From the sequence record SRR31156797_3768: a stretch of 64,000 nucleotides of DNA, one strand, 5' to 3'. This document shows, piece after piece, positions 21,697 to 35,691 of this stretch (its first letter is position 1; every line of letters starts with the position of its first letter). The position numbers and the translations under genes are program-made. The notes below the pieces were generated by a model. That model searched no databases and had not been told where the DNA came from. It was given only the letters and a program-made list of their open reading frames with translations.

Positions 21697-22306
21697 TCCA
21701 ACCCGCATGGAGTTGTCGCGCCTCAGCAAACAATTGGCGACAGCCAAACGCGGACATAAATTATTAAAAGACAAACAAGACGAACTCATGCGTCAATTTA
21801 TTGAATTGATCAAAAAGAATGACCACTTGCGTAAAGAAGTAGAAGAACAATTGCAGCGTGCCATGAAGGCATTTCGCTTAGCCAATGCCACGATCAATGA
21901 AAAATACATTGAAGAAATGTTTATTTTACCAGCAACTGAGGTCTCCCTTGAGTTATCCACGAAAAATATCATGAGTGTGGAAGTGCCAGTGATGCATTTT
22001 GATTATGACGATACGGTGATGCAAGCGCCGATCGAGTATGGCTTTTTGAATTCCAATGTTCCGTTAGATAATGCGGTCGCCCGTTTTACCGACGCCATGC
22101 CGAAGCTGTTGGAGCTAACGGAAATCGAAAAGACCTGTCAATTGATGGCAGGAGAAATCGAACGTACTCGCCGACGCGTCAATGCCCTAGAATATTTGAC
22201 GATTCCCGAGCTGGAAGAAGCCATTTATGGAATCAAAATGCGGCTGGAAGAAAATGAACGAGCAAACGTAACAAGAATGATCAAAGTGAAGAATAAATCA
22301 AAATAA
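21677..22306 (+). CDS. ntpD: V-type ATPase subunit D
   Basis: [34 protein letters not shown] before ATG 21677. Confidence 0.95.
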   Translation: MAQKNVNPTRMELSRLSKQLATAKRGHKLLKDKQDELMRQFIELIKKNDHLRKEVEEQLQRAMKAFRLANATINEKYIEEMFILPATEVSLELSTKNIMSVEVPVMHFDYDDTVMQAPIEYGFLNSNVPLDNAVARFTDAMPKLLELTEIEKTCQLMAGEIERTRRRVNALEYLTIPELEEAIYGIKMRLEENERANVTRMIKVKNKSK

Positions 22307-22389
22307 AATGGTATGATAAGTGAAAAACAACTGCAATAAACTAGGATTACCAAGCCATTGGTTTTTGCAAAAGGTCAAAGGAAATGAAA

Positions 22390-23760
22390 ATGAAAAAAAG
22401 AAATCGTTTGAAAAAAAAGCTGGCATCGCAACGCTTTTTGATTCCGCAGATCGTCACACTGGTCTTCGTTTTGTTGATATTGGCAGGAACTGGCTTACTG
22501 ATGCTGCCGGCTGTCACCCAAAGTGGTGAAGGTACCAACTTTTTAGATGCACTGTTTACTGCCACATCGGCTGTTTGCGTGACGGGTCTTTCGACCTTGA
22601 CAGTAGCCGACCATTACAATCTCTGGGGCCAAGGGGTCTTGCTGATGTTGATTGAGATCGGTGGGATCGGCTTCATGTCGATTCCCGTCTTCTTTTACAT
22701 CTTGGCGAGAAAAAGAGTCCATCTTAGTACCAGGATGATTTTGCGGGAATCATTGAATCTGGATCGGATGTCTGGAGAGATCCATTTGGCATGGTACCTG
22801 ATTCGGATCGCCTTTTTGATCCAAGTCAGTGGGATTATCTTGCTGGCTTTTGCATTCGTGCCCCGTTTTGGTTGGGAGCAAGGCCTTTGGTACAGTGTTT
22901 TTCATGCGATCTCGGCCTTTTGTAATGCTGGGTTTGATTTGTTCGGAAACAGCATGGTAGGGTTTCAAAATGACCCGTTTGTGCTGGGGATTATTAGTTT
23001 CTTGATCATTGCCGGCGGTCTTGGGTTTCTCGTTTGGTTCGATCTCCTGCATACGGCGTCCAAAAAACGGTCCCTGCATAGCCGCTTGGCATGGATCGCT
23101 ATGATCGTTTTGGTGGTTTTTGGAACGGCAGGGTTCTTTTTGACCGAAGCCAATTCACAGTTGATCACGGGTGACTCGGTCATCGAACGTTTTTTCCAAT
23201 ACCTCTTCTTAGCGGTCACCCCAAGAACCGCGGGATTTTTCAGTATTGATTACGGACAAATGAGTCAAGCAGGCTTGATGCTGACGATGATTTTAATGTA
23301 TATCGGCGGGACCTCGGGATCAACGGCTGGGGGATTGAAGACAACGACGTTTGCAGTCTTGATCATCAAGATCCGCAGTTTATTGAAAGGGCGCAGTCGA
23401 GCGGAAGTGTTCGGTCGCACGATCAAAGAATCTGCTGTATCGCGTGCCTTTACGTTGTTCTTCCTTACCTTGACGTTATGCTTCGTAGCGATTTTCTTAT
23501 TGTCGATCACTGAGCGTATGCCGCAAACCCCAAACTTTGGGTTGCCAACCATTGCCTTTGAAGTTTTTTCCGCTTTTGGAACCGTGGGGTTGACCATGGG
23601 GTTGACGCCTTACTTGTCGGTTTTTGGCAAACTACTGATCATTTTTTTGATGTTCATTGGTCGAGTCGGCATCATGACCGTTGCTTTTTCATTGATGAAA
23701 AAAGCCAACAAACAAGAAGCTGGCTACAAATATCCTGATGAAACCGTGATGATCGGGTAA
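22390..23760 (+). CDS. ntpJ: Trk/Ktr-family cation transporter (NtpJ/KtrB)
   Basis: Four P-loops: SAVCVTGL, SAFCNAGF, PRTAGF, SAFGTVGL. Confidence 0.9.
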   Translation: MKKRNRLKKKLASQRFLIPQIVTLVFVLLILAGTGLLMLPAVTQSGEGTNFLDALFTATSAVCVTGLSTLTVADHYNLWGQGVLLMLIEIGGIGFMSIPVFFYILARKRVHLSTRMILRESLNLDRMSGEIHLAWYLIRIAFLIQVSGIILLAFAFVPRFGWEQGLWYSVFHAISAFCNAGFDLFGNSMVGFQNDPFVLGIISFLIIAGGLGFLVWFDLLHTASKKRSLHSRLAWIAMIVLVVFGTAGFFLTEANSQLITGDSVIERFFQYLFLAVTPRTAGFFSIDYGQMSQAGLMLTMILMYIGGTSGSTAGGLKTTTFAVLIIKIRSLLKGRSRAEVFGRTIKESAVSRAFTLFFLTLTLCFVAIFLLSITERMPQTPNFGLPTIAFEVFSAFGTVGLTMGLTPYLSVFGKLLIIFLMFIGRVGIMTVAFSLMKKANKQEAGYKYPDETVMIG

Positions 23761-23761
23761 C

Positions 23762-23800
23762 GAAACAGGGAAACGAAGCACGCTTCGTTTCCCTGTTTTT
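23762..23800. terminator. Intrinsic terminator
   Basis: AAACAGGGAAACGAAGC-GCTTCGTTTCCCTGTTTTT. Confidence 0.9.
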
Positions 23801-23803
23801 CGT

Positions 23804-24463
23804 TTATTGAAGTACTTCTAACATCACATCTCGTTGGTCATCGCTGACATTCCCCGCATAATTTGGTGTGATTAAAGATAGACCACCCTCTTTATTTGTA
23901 AATAGGTACAGGTTTTGGTTAAAATCAGGATTTCCATTGGAAGTGATCCCTTTCGAAAAGGTCAACTGAGTGTTCACTTTTACTGTGCGAATCTCATTGT
24001 TTTTCGCAGAAAACACGCGAATCTCTTTTGTTGCGATCGTATCGACTTGTGCTTCATAGCTTGCGCTGTCGCCGATCGAAATGATCAATGGGCTCGTATT
24101 TTGAATCGTGACAGCATCTGGTACATTGACGCCATGGAAATAAAAAGTCAGTGAAGGGCCATATTGGGAAAGATCAACGGCATATGGCAACTCATTGGTG
24201 GATACTGAGCTTGCTGTTGTTTGCGTTGCGTCAGAGTGATCCGTCGATTGCTGGCTTGTGGTTGAAGTTTTTGAAGTGGAGCTTGACGCTAAGGAGCTGC
24301 TTTCAGTCGTTTGCGCCGTCGTGCTTTTTTTGCTTTCAGTAGACACACGACTCTGACTTAGCTCGCTTGTTGATTGCGCGGTATCTTTTTCGTTGTTACA
24401 GCCTGTCAAAAGCCCCAAACTGACGAGCATCAGTGTCCCAATCAAAGAAAATGTTTTTTTCAT
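23804..24463 (-). CDS. Lipoprotein with Ser/Thr-rich linker, unknown function
   Basis: Signal peptide with lipobox LLTG-C. Confidence 0.8.
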   Translation of the reverse strand: MKKTFSLIGTLMLVSLGLLTGCNNEKDTAQSTSELSQSRVSTESKKSTTAQTTESSSLASSSTSKTSTTSQQSTDHSDATQTTASSVSTNELPYAVDLSQYGPSLTFYFHGVNVPDAVTIQNTSPLIISIGDSASYEAQVDTIATKEIRVFSAKNNEIRTVKVNTQLTFSKGITSNGNPDFNQNLYLFTNKEGGLSLITPNYAGNVSDDQRDVMLEVLQ

Positions 24464-24772
24464 TGTTTACTTCATCCTTTCTTTAGAATACTAAAGCATC
24501 TAAAACAAGCAAACTATTGTGTCGAAATGCACAATTTTGCTGACATAGCGTTTAAATATTCTTTAATGTTAAAGATATTGTAATCCAGAACACTGAAAAA
24601 GAATAGGAAGTTTTTGCTGAATTTTTCGCCAATTCTATCATAAAATATTCATTAACGTCCGCAGCAGCTGGCTAGTTTTGTATAATAAAGTTTCAGCCAT
24701 AGTGGCGAAGCTTTCTGGCGGCTTGCGTAACGCAGGGATCTAGATTAAAATACCTTGGTATAGGAGAATGGG

Positions 24773-25156
24773 GTGGTGAAGAGGATGGAAAAAGAACGGA
24801 TGGGGCAATGGTTAGCCTTTACGAATCAGCATCAAGCGATCGAAGCTCGTTTGGAGCAAGCCCTCAAAGCAGAAAGCAATCTGTCTTTGAATGAGTATTA
24901 CGTGCTTTATTACTTAGAAAAGACCCCCAATCATAGCATGCGCCTCAACGATTTGATCGCCCATTTTGATTTGAGTCAAAGTGCGATGTCACGCATGATC
25001 ATGCGCATGGAAGACAACCTGTGTGGTGTGATCGAACGGCATTCTTGTCAAGAGGATAAGCGGGGGATCTATATTGATTTGACCCAATCAGGGGAAAAGA
25101 AACTGCAGCGCTCAAAAGTCGTTTTTGAAAAAGTCTTGGAGGAAATGCTAGACTAA
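24773..25156 (+). CDS. MarR-family regulator
   Basis: LSQSAMSRMI..DKRGIYIDLT winged HTH; start uncertain. Confidence 0.88.
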   Translation: MVKRMEKERMGQWLAFTNQHQAIEARLEQALKAESNLSLNEYYVLYYLEKTPNHSMRLNDLIAHFDLSQSAMSRMIMRMEDNLCGVIERHSCQEDKRGIYIDLTQSGEKKLQRSKVVFEKVLEEMLD

Positions 25157-25193
25157 AGATGTTTTCACTTGTTTTCTCCTTGATTCTTTTGTA

Positions 25194-25217
25194 ATATAGA
25201 TGCATGTGCATGTATAT
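25194..25217. promoter_or_regulatory. Probable MarR operator upstream of the OYE gene
   Basis: Inverted repeat ATATAgATGCA-TG-TGCATgTATAT. Confidence 0.55.
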
Positions 25218-25327
25218 TTTGGCAAAAGAGAAAAAAATGCACCGATTTGCTTTAAGGATCTCCTTAGGTAACCAAGCCAGTCAGATTTACAAAGCGAAAT
25301 GAATCCAATGGAAAAGGTGGGAAACCC

Positions 25328-26440
25328 ATGCGAAATGTAACAGACAAAGCAACATTTAAGCGCGGATTACAGTTGAAAAATCGAATCATTATGGCACCAA
25401 TGACGACCAAGATGTCCTTCTTTGATGGGGTGATTACGAAAGATGAGTTGGCTTACTATGGCTTACGCTCTGGGGAAGTCGGAGCAGTCATCACAGCGGC
25501 AGCCAATGTCCAAGAAGATGGCAAGGGCTGGGAAGGGGAATTAGGCGCTTATGACGATGCCTTTTTACCTGGATTAAGCAAATTAGCCAGCACCATCAAA
25601 ACAAATGGTACCAAAGCTATTTTACAGATTTTTCATGCCGGTCGGATGACGGATGACTCGGTCCTACGAGGAACACAACCGATTTCTGCTAGCGCAGTTG
25701 CTGCCGAACGACCAAATGCCCAGGTTCCTCGAGAAGTCACAGTAGATCAGATTTTAACGATTATTGAAAACTTTAAAAAAGCTACCGAACGGGCGATCAA
25801 GGCAGGGTTTGATGGCGTAGAACTCCACGGAGCCAATACGTATTTGATCCAACAATTCTTTTCTCCTCACTCAAATCGTCGGTCCGATGAATGGGGTGGC
25901 TCACTAGAGAACCGTTATCGTTTTATTGAGAAGCTTGTCGATGAAGTATTGGAAACAGTAGACCAATCAGGTGTGAAGGAGTTTATCGTCGGTTATCGGT
26001 TTTCACCGGAAGAATTCGAAGAACCAGGGATTCGCTTTGAAGATACGTTGTTCTTAGTGGACCAACTGGCAGAAAAAGGATTAGACTATCTGCACATTTC
26101 TCTTGCGGATTATACCCGTAAATCGATTTCAAAAGCGTATCAAGAAAAATCGATGTTGGCGTATGTCTATGAAAAAATCGCTCAGCGGGTTCCTTTGATT
26201 GGTGTAGGGGATGTCCGAACGTCGAAAGATGCCGCGGGCTTGCTAGAACATGCAGATTTTGTTGCAGTGGGGCGGGCATTGTTGATCGATCCTCATTGGG
26301 GACAAAAAGTCTTAGACGGTCAAGATGAGTTGATCCGCACCACGGTTTCTACTTACGAACGTGAGGAACTCGTATTACAAAACGGCGTTTGGGGTTTTAT
26401 GGAAAACATGATGCCAGATCGACTAAATGAAGAAAAATAA
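25328..26440 (+). CDS. NADH:flavin oxidoreductase (old yellow enzyme family)
   Basis: NRIIMAPMT, QIFHAGR, ELHGANTYL, NRRSDEWGGS; terminator at 26447-26478. Confidence 0.92.
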   Translation: MRNVTDKATFKRGLQLKNRIIMAPMTTKMSFFDGVITKDELAYYGLRSGEVGAVITAAANVQEDGKGWEGELGAYDDAFLPGLSKLASTIKTNGTKAILQIFHAGRMTDDSVLRGTQPISASAVAAERPNAQVPREVTVDQILTIIENFKKATERAIKAGFDGVELHGANTYLIQQFFSPHSNRRSDEWGGSLENRYRFIEKLVDEVLETVDQSGVKEFIVGYRFSPEEFEEPGIRFEDTLFLVDQLAEKGLDYLHISLADYTRKSISKAYQEKSMLAYVYEKIAQRVPLIGVGDVRTSKDAAGLLEHADFVAVGRALLIDPHWGQKVLDGQDELIRTTVSTYEREELVLQNGVWGFMENMMPDRLNEEK

Positions 26441-26784
26441 GTAGACAACCACGTTTGCCTTGGGCAAAGGTGGTTTTTCGCGATTGCCCCTCATTTGGGT
26501 CACGTTGAGAAAAGCTGTTTTTTTCTCTAATGAAACCTTGTTAGCTTCAAAATGGCGAATCAAGAGAAGAATGTGAGAAACAAGCCTGTAATCGGAAGAA
26601 AGAGCGTGGAAAGATTTTTTTAGTTAAAATACATGAATGAATTTTTGTTTTATTTTAATAAATAGTCAAACAATTCAGAATCATTCATTTTTCTTACAAA
26701 AAGATAGCGCAAGTCGAGTTGATTGATAAAAAAACAATCAGTTGTTAGACTGAATACAGGTTAAAAAAACAAAAAGGGGATGTA

Positions 26785-27834
26785 ATGATGAAAAAAGGAT
26801 TCAGAAATTATTTAGGTTCAGATGAGCGGGAGGCAGGTTATAATTTGTCTTGGGGTTCTATCTTTGCAGGGGTCGTAACATTTATCGCATTGTTCATGAC
26901 ACTGTCAATGATCGGCTCAGCAATCGGTTTTGGTTTGGTGGAACCAACATCAAATAATCCATTAGATGGTGTGGGTACAGGATTATTGATTTGGACAGTC
27001 ATTACCTTTGTCTTGGCATTATTCGGTGCAGGTTTTGTTTCAGGTGTGGCGGCTCGACGTGTTGGATTGGTTCATGGTTTCTTAACATGGGCAACTAGTA
27101 TGATCGTGATGATGGTTATGCTCTCTTACTTAACGATCGGTGCATTTTCTGTAGTCGGTTCACTTTTAGGAAACGTTGCTTCTGCTGTTGGCAGTGGCGT
27201 TGAAACAGTTGCCTCAGGTGCTGGCGATGTCGCTTCAAAAGCCTTCGATGAAATAACAGGAAACATGGAAGACGTCAATACAGATGAATTACAAGCGAAT
27301 GTCAATGATGTTTTACAAGATACCGATGTTCCTGAATTGCAACCAGACTACTTGCAAAATCAATTGTCTGATGCGACGAACGACATCAAAGATGCCGGCA
27401 AAGACATTGCAACCAATCCAAATGATGCTGATAAAATCATTGATGATTTAGCAAGCAAATTACAAGATCGTGCTACAACGATCGGTGATTCAGTCGATAA
27501 AGAAGCAATCTCAAATGCAGTGGCTCAAAACACAGATCTAAGCCAACAAGAAGCGGAAGAAGCAACGAACAATATCGTGAACGGCTTACAAGATGCTTCT
27601 GATGAAGCACAAAAACAAATCGAAAATGCACAACAAAATCTTGAACAAGCCAAACAAGACATTGACCAAGCAGTGGAAGACGCTCGTCAAAAAGCGGAAG
27701 AAGCAAGTGATGCAACAGCCAAAGCGTCTATTTGGGGCTTTGTGGCAATGGTCTTAGGACTCGCTCTTACGTCAATCGGTGGTATGGTGGGAGCAAACTT
27801 AGTTAAAACTGCTGACCACGAAAACCGTATCTAA
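26785..27834 (+). CDS. Membrane protein with a long acidic helical-repeat domain
   Basis: SWGSIFAG N-terminus, 3 TMs, Asp/Gln/Ala-rich helical region, C-terminal TM; terminator at 27877-27919. Confidence 0.8.
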   Translation: MMKKGFRNYLGSDEREAGYNLSWGSIFAGVVTFIALFMTLSMIGSAIGFGLVEPTSNNPLDGVGTGLLIWTVITFVLALFGAGFVSGVAARRVGLVHGFLTWATSMIVMMVMLSYLTIGAFSVVGSLLGNVASAVGSGVETVASGAGDVASKAFDEITGNMEDVNTDELQANVNDVLQDTDVPELQPDYLQNQLSDATNDIKDAGKDIATNPNDADKIIDDLASKLQDRATTIGDSVDKEAISNAVAQNTDLSQQEAEEATNNIVNGLQDASDEAQKQIENAQQNLEQAKQDIDQAVEDARQKAEEASDATAKASIWGFVAMVLGLALTSIGGMVGANLVKTADHENRI

Positions 27835-27950
27835 TTTTACCTCTCATCAAGAGAGCTAGTGATTTATAAACCAGTGAACAGCGTTCTGCCAAAGAGTCAA
27901 ATGGCAGCAGCGCTGTTTTCTGCTTTTAAACAAGCGGTTGAAAATCCCCA

Positions 27951-27979
27951 TTGACGAGTGTTTTTTCTCATGCTACACT
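27951..27979 (+). promoter_or_regulatory. SigmaA promoter of the bgl operon
   Basis: TTGACG-N17-TACACT with TG extension. Confidence 0.75.
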
Positions 27980-27987
27980 GGCTCTGA

Positions 27988-28017
27988 GGATTGTTACCGC
28001 TTTAGGCGGGCTATACC
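27988..28017 (+). promoter_or_regulatory. RAT element 1 (BglG/LicT binding site)
   Basis: GGATTGTTACCGCTTTAGGCGGGCTATACC. Confidence 0.8.
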
Positions 28018-28062
28018 TATTTTTTTGTGTGAAGAAATCTAAAGAAGAATAGGGTCGTTAAA

Positions 28063-28898
28063 ATGAACGTAACAAAAGTGATCAATAACAACATTGTGAT
28101 TTCTGAGAATGAGGAAAAACAAGAATTGGTTGTCATGGGCAAAGGCTTAGGCTTTAAGAAAAAGCCGGGCGATGCGATCGACGATACCAAGATTGAAAAA
28201 GTCTATCTCAGTACACAAGAGTGGAATGTCACAAAACTAACCCAATTACTTTCTTCTATCCCTATCGAACATATTCAAGCAGCGAATGAGATCATCAGTT
28301 TTGCAAAAGTTTCCCTTGGGAAAAAGTTGAGCGAAAAATTGTTTCTGACGCTGACCGATCATATCAATTATGCTATCGAGCGCTATCAAAACGGCATGGA
28401 AATCAAAAATGCCTTGCTATGGGAAATCAAGCGGTTTTATAACCATGAATACCTCATTGGCAAAGAAGCGTTATCGATTATCAAAAATCGCTTGGCGATC
28501 GAGCTGCCAGAAGATGAAGCCGGCTTCATTGCATTGCACATCGTTAATGCGGAGTTGGATATGGCGCAGGTCAGTCAAGTATCGGAAATGGCGAAGATCA
28601 TTCAGCATATCCTAAACATCGTCAAATATCATTTTTCAATGGAGCTTGATGAGTATTCATTGAACTACGAGCGCTTTGTGACCCATTTGAAATTTTTTGT
28701 CCAGCGCTTATTCAGCGGTACAAAGCTCGATGATGCAGGAACCGGCAGTTTTATTTTTATGTTGAAAGACCGCTACATGAAGGAATATGCGTGTGCGTTG
28801 AAAATCAGTGACTACATCAACAAAGAATTCGGTAGACCGTTAGAAGAAGACGAATTGATCTATTTAACTATACACATCAAACGAATAACAAGTGCTTA

Positions 28899-28899
<1 letters not shown>
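28063..28899 (+). CDS. licT: BglG/LicT-family antiterminator
   Basis: KVINNN..VMGKGLGF CAT domain; PRD histidines in LTDHI, IALHI, FVTHL, LTIHI. Confidence 0.93.
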
Positions 28900-30887
<1,988 letters not shown>

Positions 30888-30900
30888 AAAAGGAGAATAA

Positions 30901-32331
<1,431 letters not shown>

Positions 32332-32413
32332 GCCAGTTAATTTATAAAAAATAAAACAAGGGTGTTCCGCTTTTTCAACTAGCGGAATACCCTTGTTTTA
32401 TTGATTTTCAGAG

Positions 32414-33361
32414 TTATAAACTCGTGGTATTGCTCGGTCGTTTGCGATAGTTGGAAGGGGTCAAAGCAGTCTCCCTTTTGAAAAGTGTCGTAAAGTAATT
32501 CGGATCATCAAACCCAGTTTCCAATGCGATTTCGATGATTTTTAAATCCGTATGGAGTAAGAGATACTCCGCTTTTTTGATGCGAAACTTATTTAGATAA
32601 GTAAAAAAGCTCATCTGGAAATTTCTTTTGAAAAAACGGCAGAAATGCTCTTTGCTATAGCCAATATACTGACTGACTTCCTCAAGTGTCACTGGACGTT
32701 GATAATTTTCTTCAATAAAAAGTAGGATTTTCTTGCATTTGTACGTATTGAGTTTGCTTTTACTGTCGATTGGTTTCTTATTGCGGTTAATGTATTGGGT
32801 GTTTTGACAAAGATATTTTATAAATAAAAAGAGTTCCGCTTTGATCGCCAGCTCATACAATGGTTCCTTTAATGCAAATAAATCTATAATATGAGTCAAT
32901 GCCTGTTGAATTCTCATATGAGAAACGAAATCACTTGTGATGTGAATCGCTTGCTGATCCGCGGAATGGAGCAACGGGTCCAGATAGGACTGCTGGATCA
33001 AATCAGAGACGCGGCTCTCAATAAAGGTCGCGTCAAAGACGATAGCAAAGAAGGTACAAGCTGTTTGTTGATAATTTAATGCCTCATGTAGCTGATTGGC
33101 AGGGATAAATACAAGCTCGCCTTCTTTAGCGATATAAGAAACACCTTCGACCTTTATTTCCATCTTTCCTCGAAAAATATATAGGATCTCAAGCTCGCGA
33201 TGCCAATGGGTGTGGATCATATTTGCTTGATCAGCAGGATGATTTGTCAAATAAACACTGACTGGAAACAAGCTATCACCATGTTCTGTGATCTCTTTTA
33301 AAGAAGTATCAATATCATATTCACTAGGGTTTGGCGTAAAAATATAGGGTTGGGTTACCAT
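32414..33361 (-). CDS. AraC-family regulator with cupin sensor domain
   Basis: HWHRELEI; IALETGFDDPNYF..TPSNYR. Confidence 0.92.
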   Translation of the reverse strand: MVTQPYIFTPNPSEYDIDTSLKEITEHGDSLFPVSVYLTNHPADQANMIHTHWHRELEILYIFRGKMEIKVEGVSYIAKEGELVFIPANQLHEALNYQQTACTFFAIVFDATFIESRVSDLIQQSYLDPLLHSADQQAIHITSDFVSHMRIQQALTHIIDLFALKEPLYELAIKAELFLFIKYLCQNTQYINRNKKPIDSKSKLNTYKCKKILLFIEENYQRPVTLEEVSQYIGYSKEHFCRFFKRNFQMSFFTYLNKFRIKKAEYLLLHTDLKIIEIALETGFDDPNYFTTLFKRETALTPSNYRKRPSNTTSL

Positions 33362-33475
33362 CTGTCTCCTCCATTTTCATCAATATTACAAGGTATTTCG
33401 GTTAAGATAACGATTACAGAAGGGCCGAAATATCAATATAATCAATTTGTGATCGAATTGATTGAGGAGGGAACA

Positions 33476-34753
33476 ATGATGAAAAAGAGAATTTTGTTGA
33501 CGGCTGCTACTATGTTAAGTGTGATCGGAATTGCTGGTTGCGGAAATTCTGGAAGCGGTACCTCAGATGATGGTAGTGTAACACTAGAAGTTTTTAACAT
33601 CAAGACAGAGACTGCAGAACAGATGGATCGATTGGTTGCGGCTTTTGAAGAAAGCCATGAGGACATAAAAATCAATATGACTACTGTAGGTGGAGGAACG
33701 GACGCCACAGCGGCTCTCCAATCAAAATTTTCATCTGGTGATGAACCGGACATTTTTATGCTGGGGGGACTAGCAGATACGCAAACATGGGAACACAAGT
33801 TATATGACCTTGGGGAAACAGAATTAGCCCAAAAAGCAATTGAGGGAACGTTGGAAGGGGCAACACTGAATGAGACAGTCTATGGCTTGCCGATGAATAT
33901 CGAAGGCTACGGTTGGCTGATCAATAAAGAGCTGTTTCAGCAAGCGGGAATCGATAGTGAAGCGATTGAAACATTTGCCGATTTTAAGGAGGCAGTAGAA
34001 ACGTTAGATAGTAAGAAAGAAGAGTTAGGATTAGACGGTGTATTCGGCTTCAGCGGCGGTGAAACATGGGTTTCCAGTCAATTCAGTTCGAACTTTTTTG
34101 CACCTGAATTTAATGATAGCTTGAAGGAAACACTGGAAGCCAAAGAGCTTCATTTAACTTATGAGGCACAACTGAAAGACTACGCTGATCTGGCGATCCA
34201 ATACAATGCTCAACCGTTGGAATCAATGGATTACAGCACGTCAGTCGAAGAATTATTTGCTAGTGAGAAGGTTGCCATCATTCATCAAGGCAATTGGATC
34301 GTTCCTACATTAAACAGCTTGGATGATACATTTGCAAAAGAAAAATTAGCGATCGTCCCAATGCAAGTGGGAGACGGCAGCAAAATTGTAGCCGGACCAG
34401 CTTGGTATTGGGGTGTCAACAAAGATAAGGAACAAGAAGTGATCGATGCCTCCATACAATTTTTGACATGGATGTATACCGATGAAGAGGCGATGACCGC
34501 GATCATCGATGATTTTGAGTTTATTCCAGCTTATACGAACTTCTCCAGTGACGATATTTCTGATCCGTTGTCCAATGACATTTATACGTATTTAACGAAT
34601 GGCCAAACGGTTCCTTGGGTCCATAACTCTTATCCAGATGGATACGGACAAAATATTTTTGGGGTTCAGTTCCAGGCTTATGCAGCCGATCAAATCTCAT
34701 GGACTGAGTTTACTGATCAGCTGAAAAGCAGCTGGGCGCAAGAACGTCAATAA
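33476..34753 (+). CDS. Sugar ABC solute-binding lipoprotein
   Basis: Lipobox IAGC; PDIFM, YGLPMNIEGYG; GAGGAGG RBS. Confidence 0.9.
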   Translation: MMKKRILLTAATMLSVIGIAGCGNSGSGTSDDGSVTLEVFNIKTETAEQMDRLVAAFEESHEDIKINMTTVGGGTDATAALQSKFSSGDEPDIFMLGGLADTQTWEHKLYDLGETELAQKAIEGTLEGATLNETVYGLPMNIEGYGWLINKELFQQAGIDSEAIETFADFKEAVETLDSKKEELGLDGVFGFSGGETWVSSQFSSNFFAPEFNDSLKETLEAKELHLTYEAQLKDYADLAIQYNAQPLESMDYSTSVEELFASEKVAIIHQGNWIVPTLNSLDDTFAKEKLAIVPMQVGDGSKIVAGPAWYWGVNKDKEQEVIDASIQFLTWMYTDEEAMTAIIDDFEFIPAYTNFSSDDISDPLSNDIYTYLTNGQTVPWVHNSYPDGYGQNIFGVQFQAYAADQISWTEFTDQLKSSWAQERQ

Positions 34754-34824
34754 CCAAAGTGATGCCTATCCTGCAGTGATGCGCGCAGGATAGGCAAAAT
34801 CAAGGAAATCATAGGAGGAGCTGT

Positions 34825-35691
34825 ATGTTAACAAATCGTTCAAAATCATTTTGGCTGCTGCTAGCACCGGCATTCGTCGCATTATTGGTCGTTCTGTTTA
34901 TTCCTTTATTTACAGGGGGATATTACTCACTGACCAACTGGAACGGCAATACGATCAGCGACTTTATCGGATTGGAAAACTACTTGCGCGCTTTTAAAGA
35001 TCAGGCGTTCATTAACAGCTTGTTGTTCACGGCGAAATTTTCTGTTTACAGTGTGATCTTGATCAATGTCATCGCGCTGTTGTTAGCAACTTTAGTCACG
35101 CAAAAACTGGGACGCTGGACCACTCTATTTCGGACCGTCTTTTTCATGCCGAACTTAATTGGTGGGATCATACTAGGATTTATATGGCAATTTATTTTTA
35201 ACAAAGCATTCGAGAGTATCGCCGATTTGACTGGGATCAATTTTTTTAATGGCTGGTTGAATACACCAGAAACAGGTTTTTGGGGTTTGGTTATCTTGTT
35301 CGTCTGGCAGATGAGCGGGTATATGATGTTGATCTATATTTCGTTTCTAAATAATATTCCAGAAGAAATTTTAGAAGCAGCAGATATGGACGGCGCCAAT
35401 CCGCTACAAGTCTTTTTCCGAATCAAACTACCCATGCTGATGCCCGCGTTTACCGTAACATTGTTTTTGACGCTGTCAAATGCCTTTAAAATCTATGATC
35501 AAAACTTGGCGTTGACACAGGGCGGACCGTTCAATTCGACTCAGATGGCAGCCATGAATATTTACAATGAAGCTTTTTCAATGAGAAAAATGGGCTTTGC
35601 TCAGTCAAAAGCGATGATATTTCTGGTGATCATTGTCATTATTTCCATTATTCAAATCTCAATTACCCGCAGAAAGGAGATCAGCGCATGA
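34825..35691 (+). CDS. Carbohydrate ABC permease
   Basis: EAADMDGA EAA loop. Confidence 0.92.
   Translation: MLTNRSKSFWLLLAPAFVALLVVLFIPLFTGGYYSLTNWNGNTISDFIGLENYLRAFKDQAFINSLLFTAKFSVYSVILINVIALLLATLVTQKLGRWTTLFRTVFFMPNLIGGIILGFIWQFIFNKAFESIADLTGINFFNGWLNTPETGFWGLVILFVWQMSGYMMLIYISFLNNIPEEILEAADMDGANPLQVFFRIKLPMLMPAFTVTLFLTLSNAFKIYDQNLALTQGGPFNSTQMAAMNIYNEAFSMRKMGFAQSKAMIFLVIIVIISIIQISITRRKEISA

Noticed and set aside
22320-22529. 69-aa ORF as ntpH
   Set aside because: Overlaps ntpJ out of frame and has no RBS
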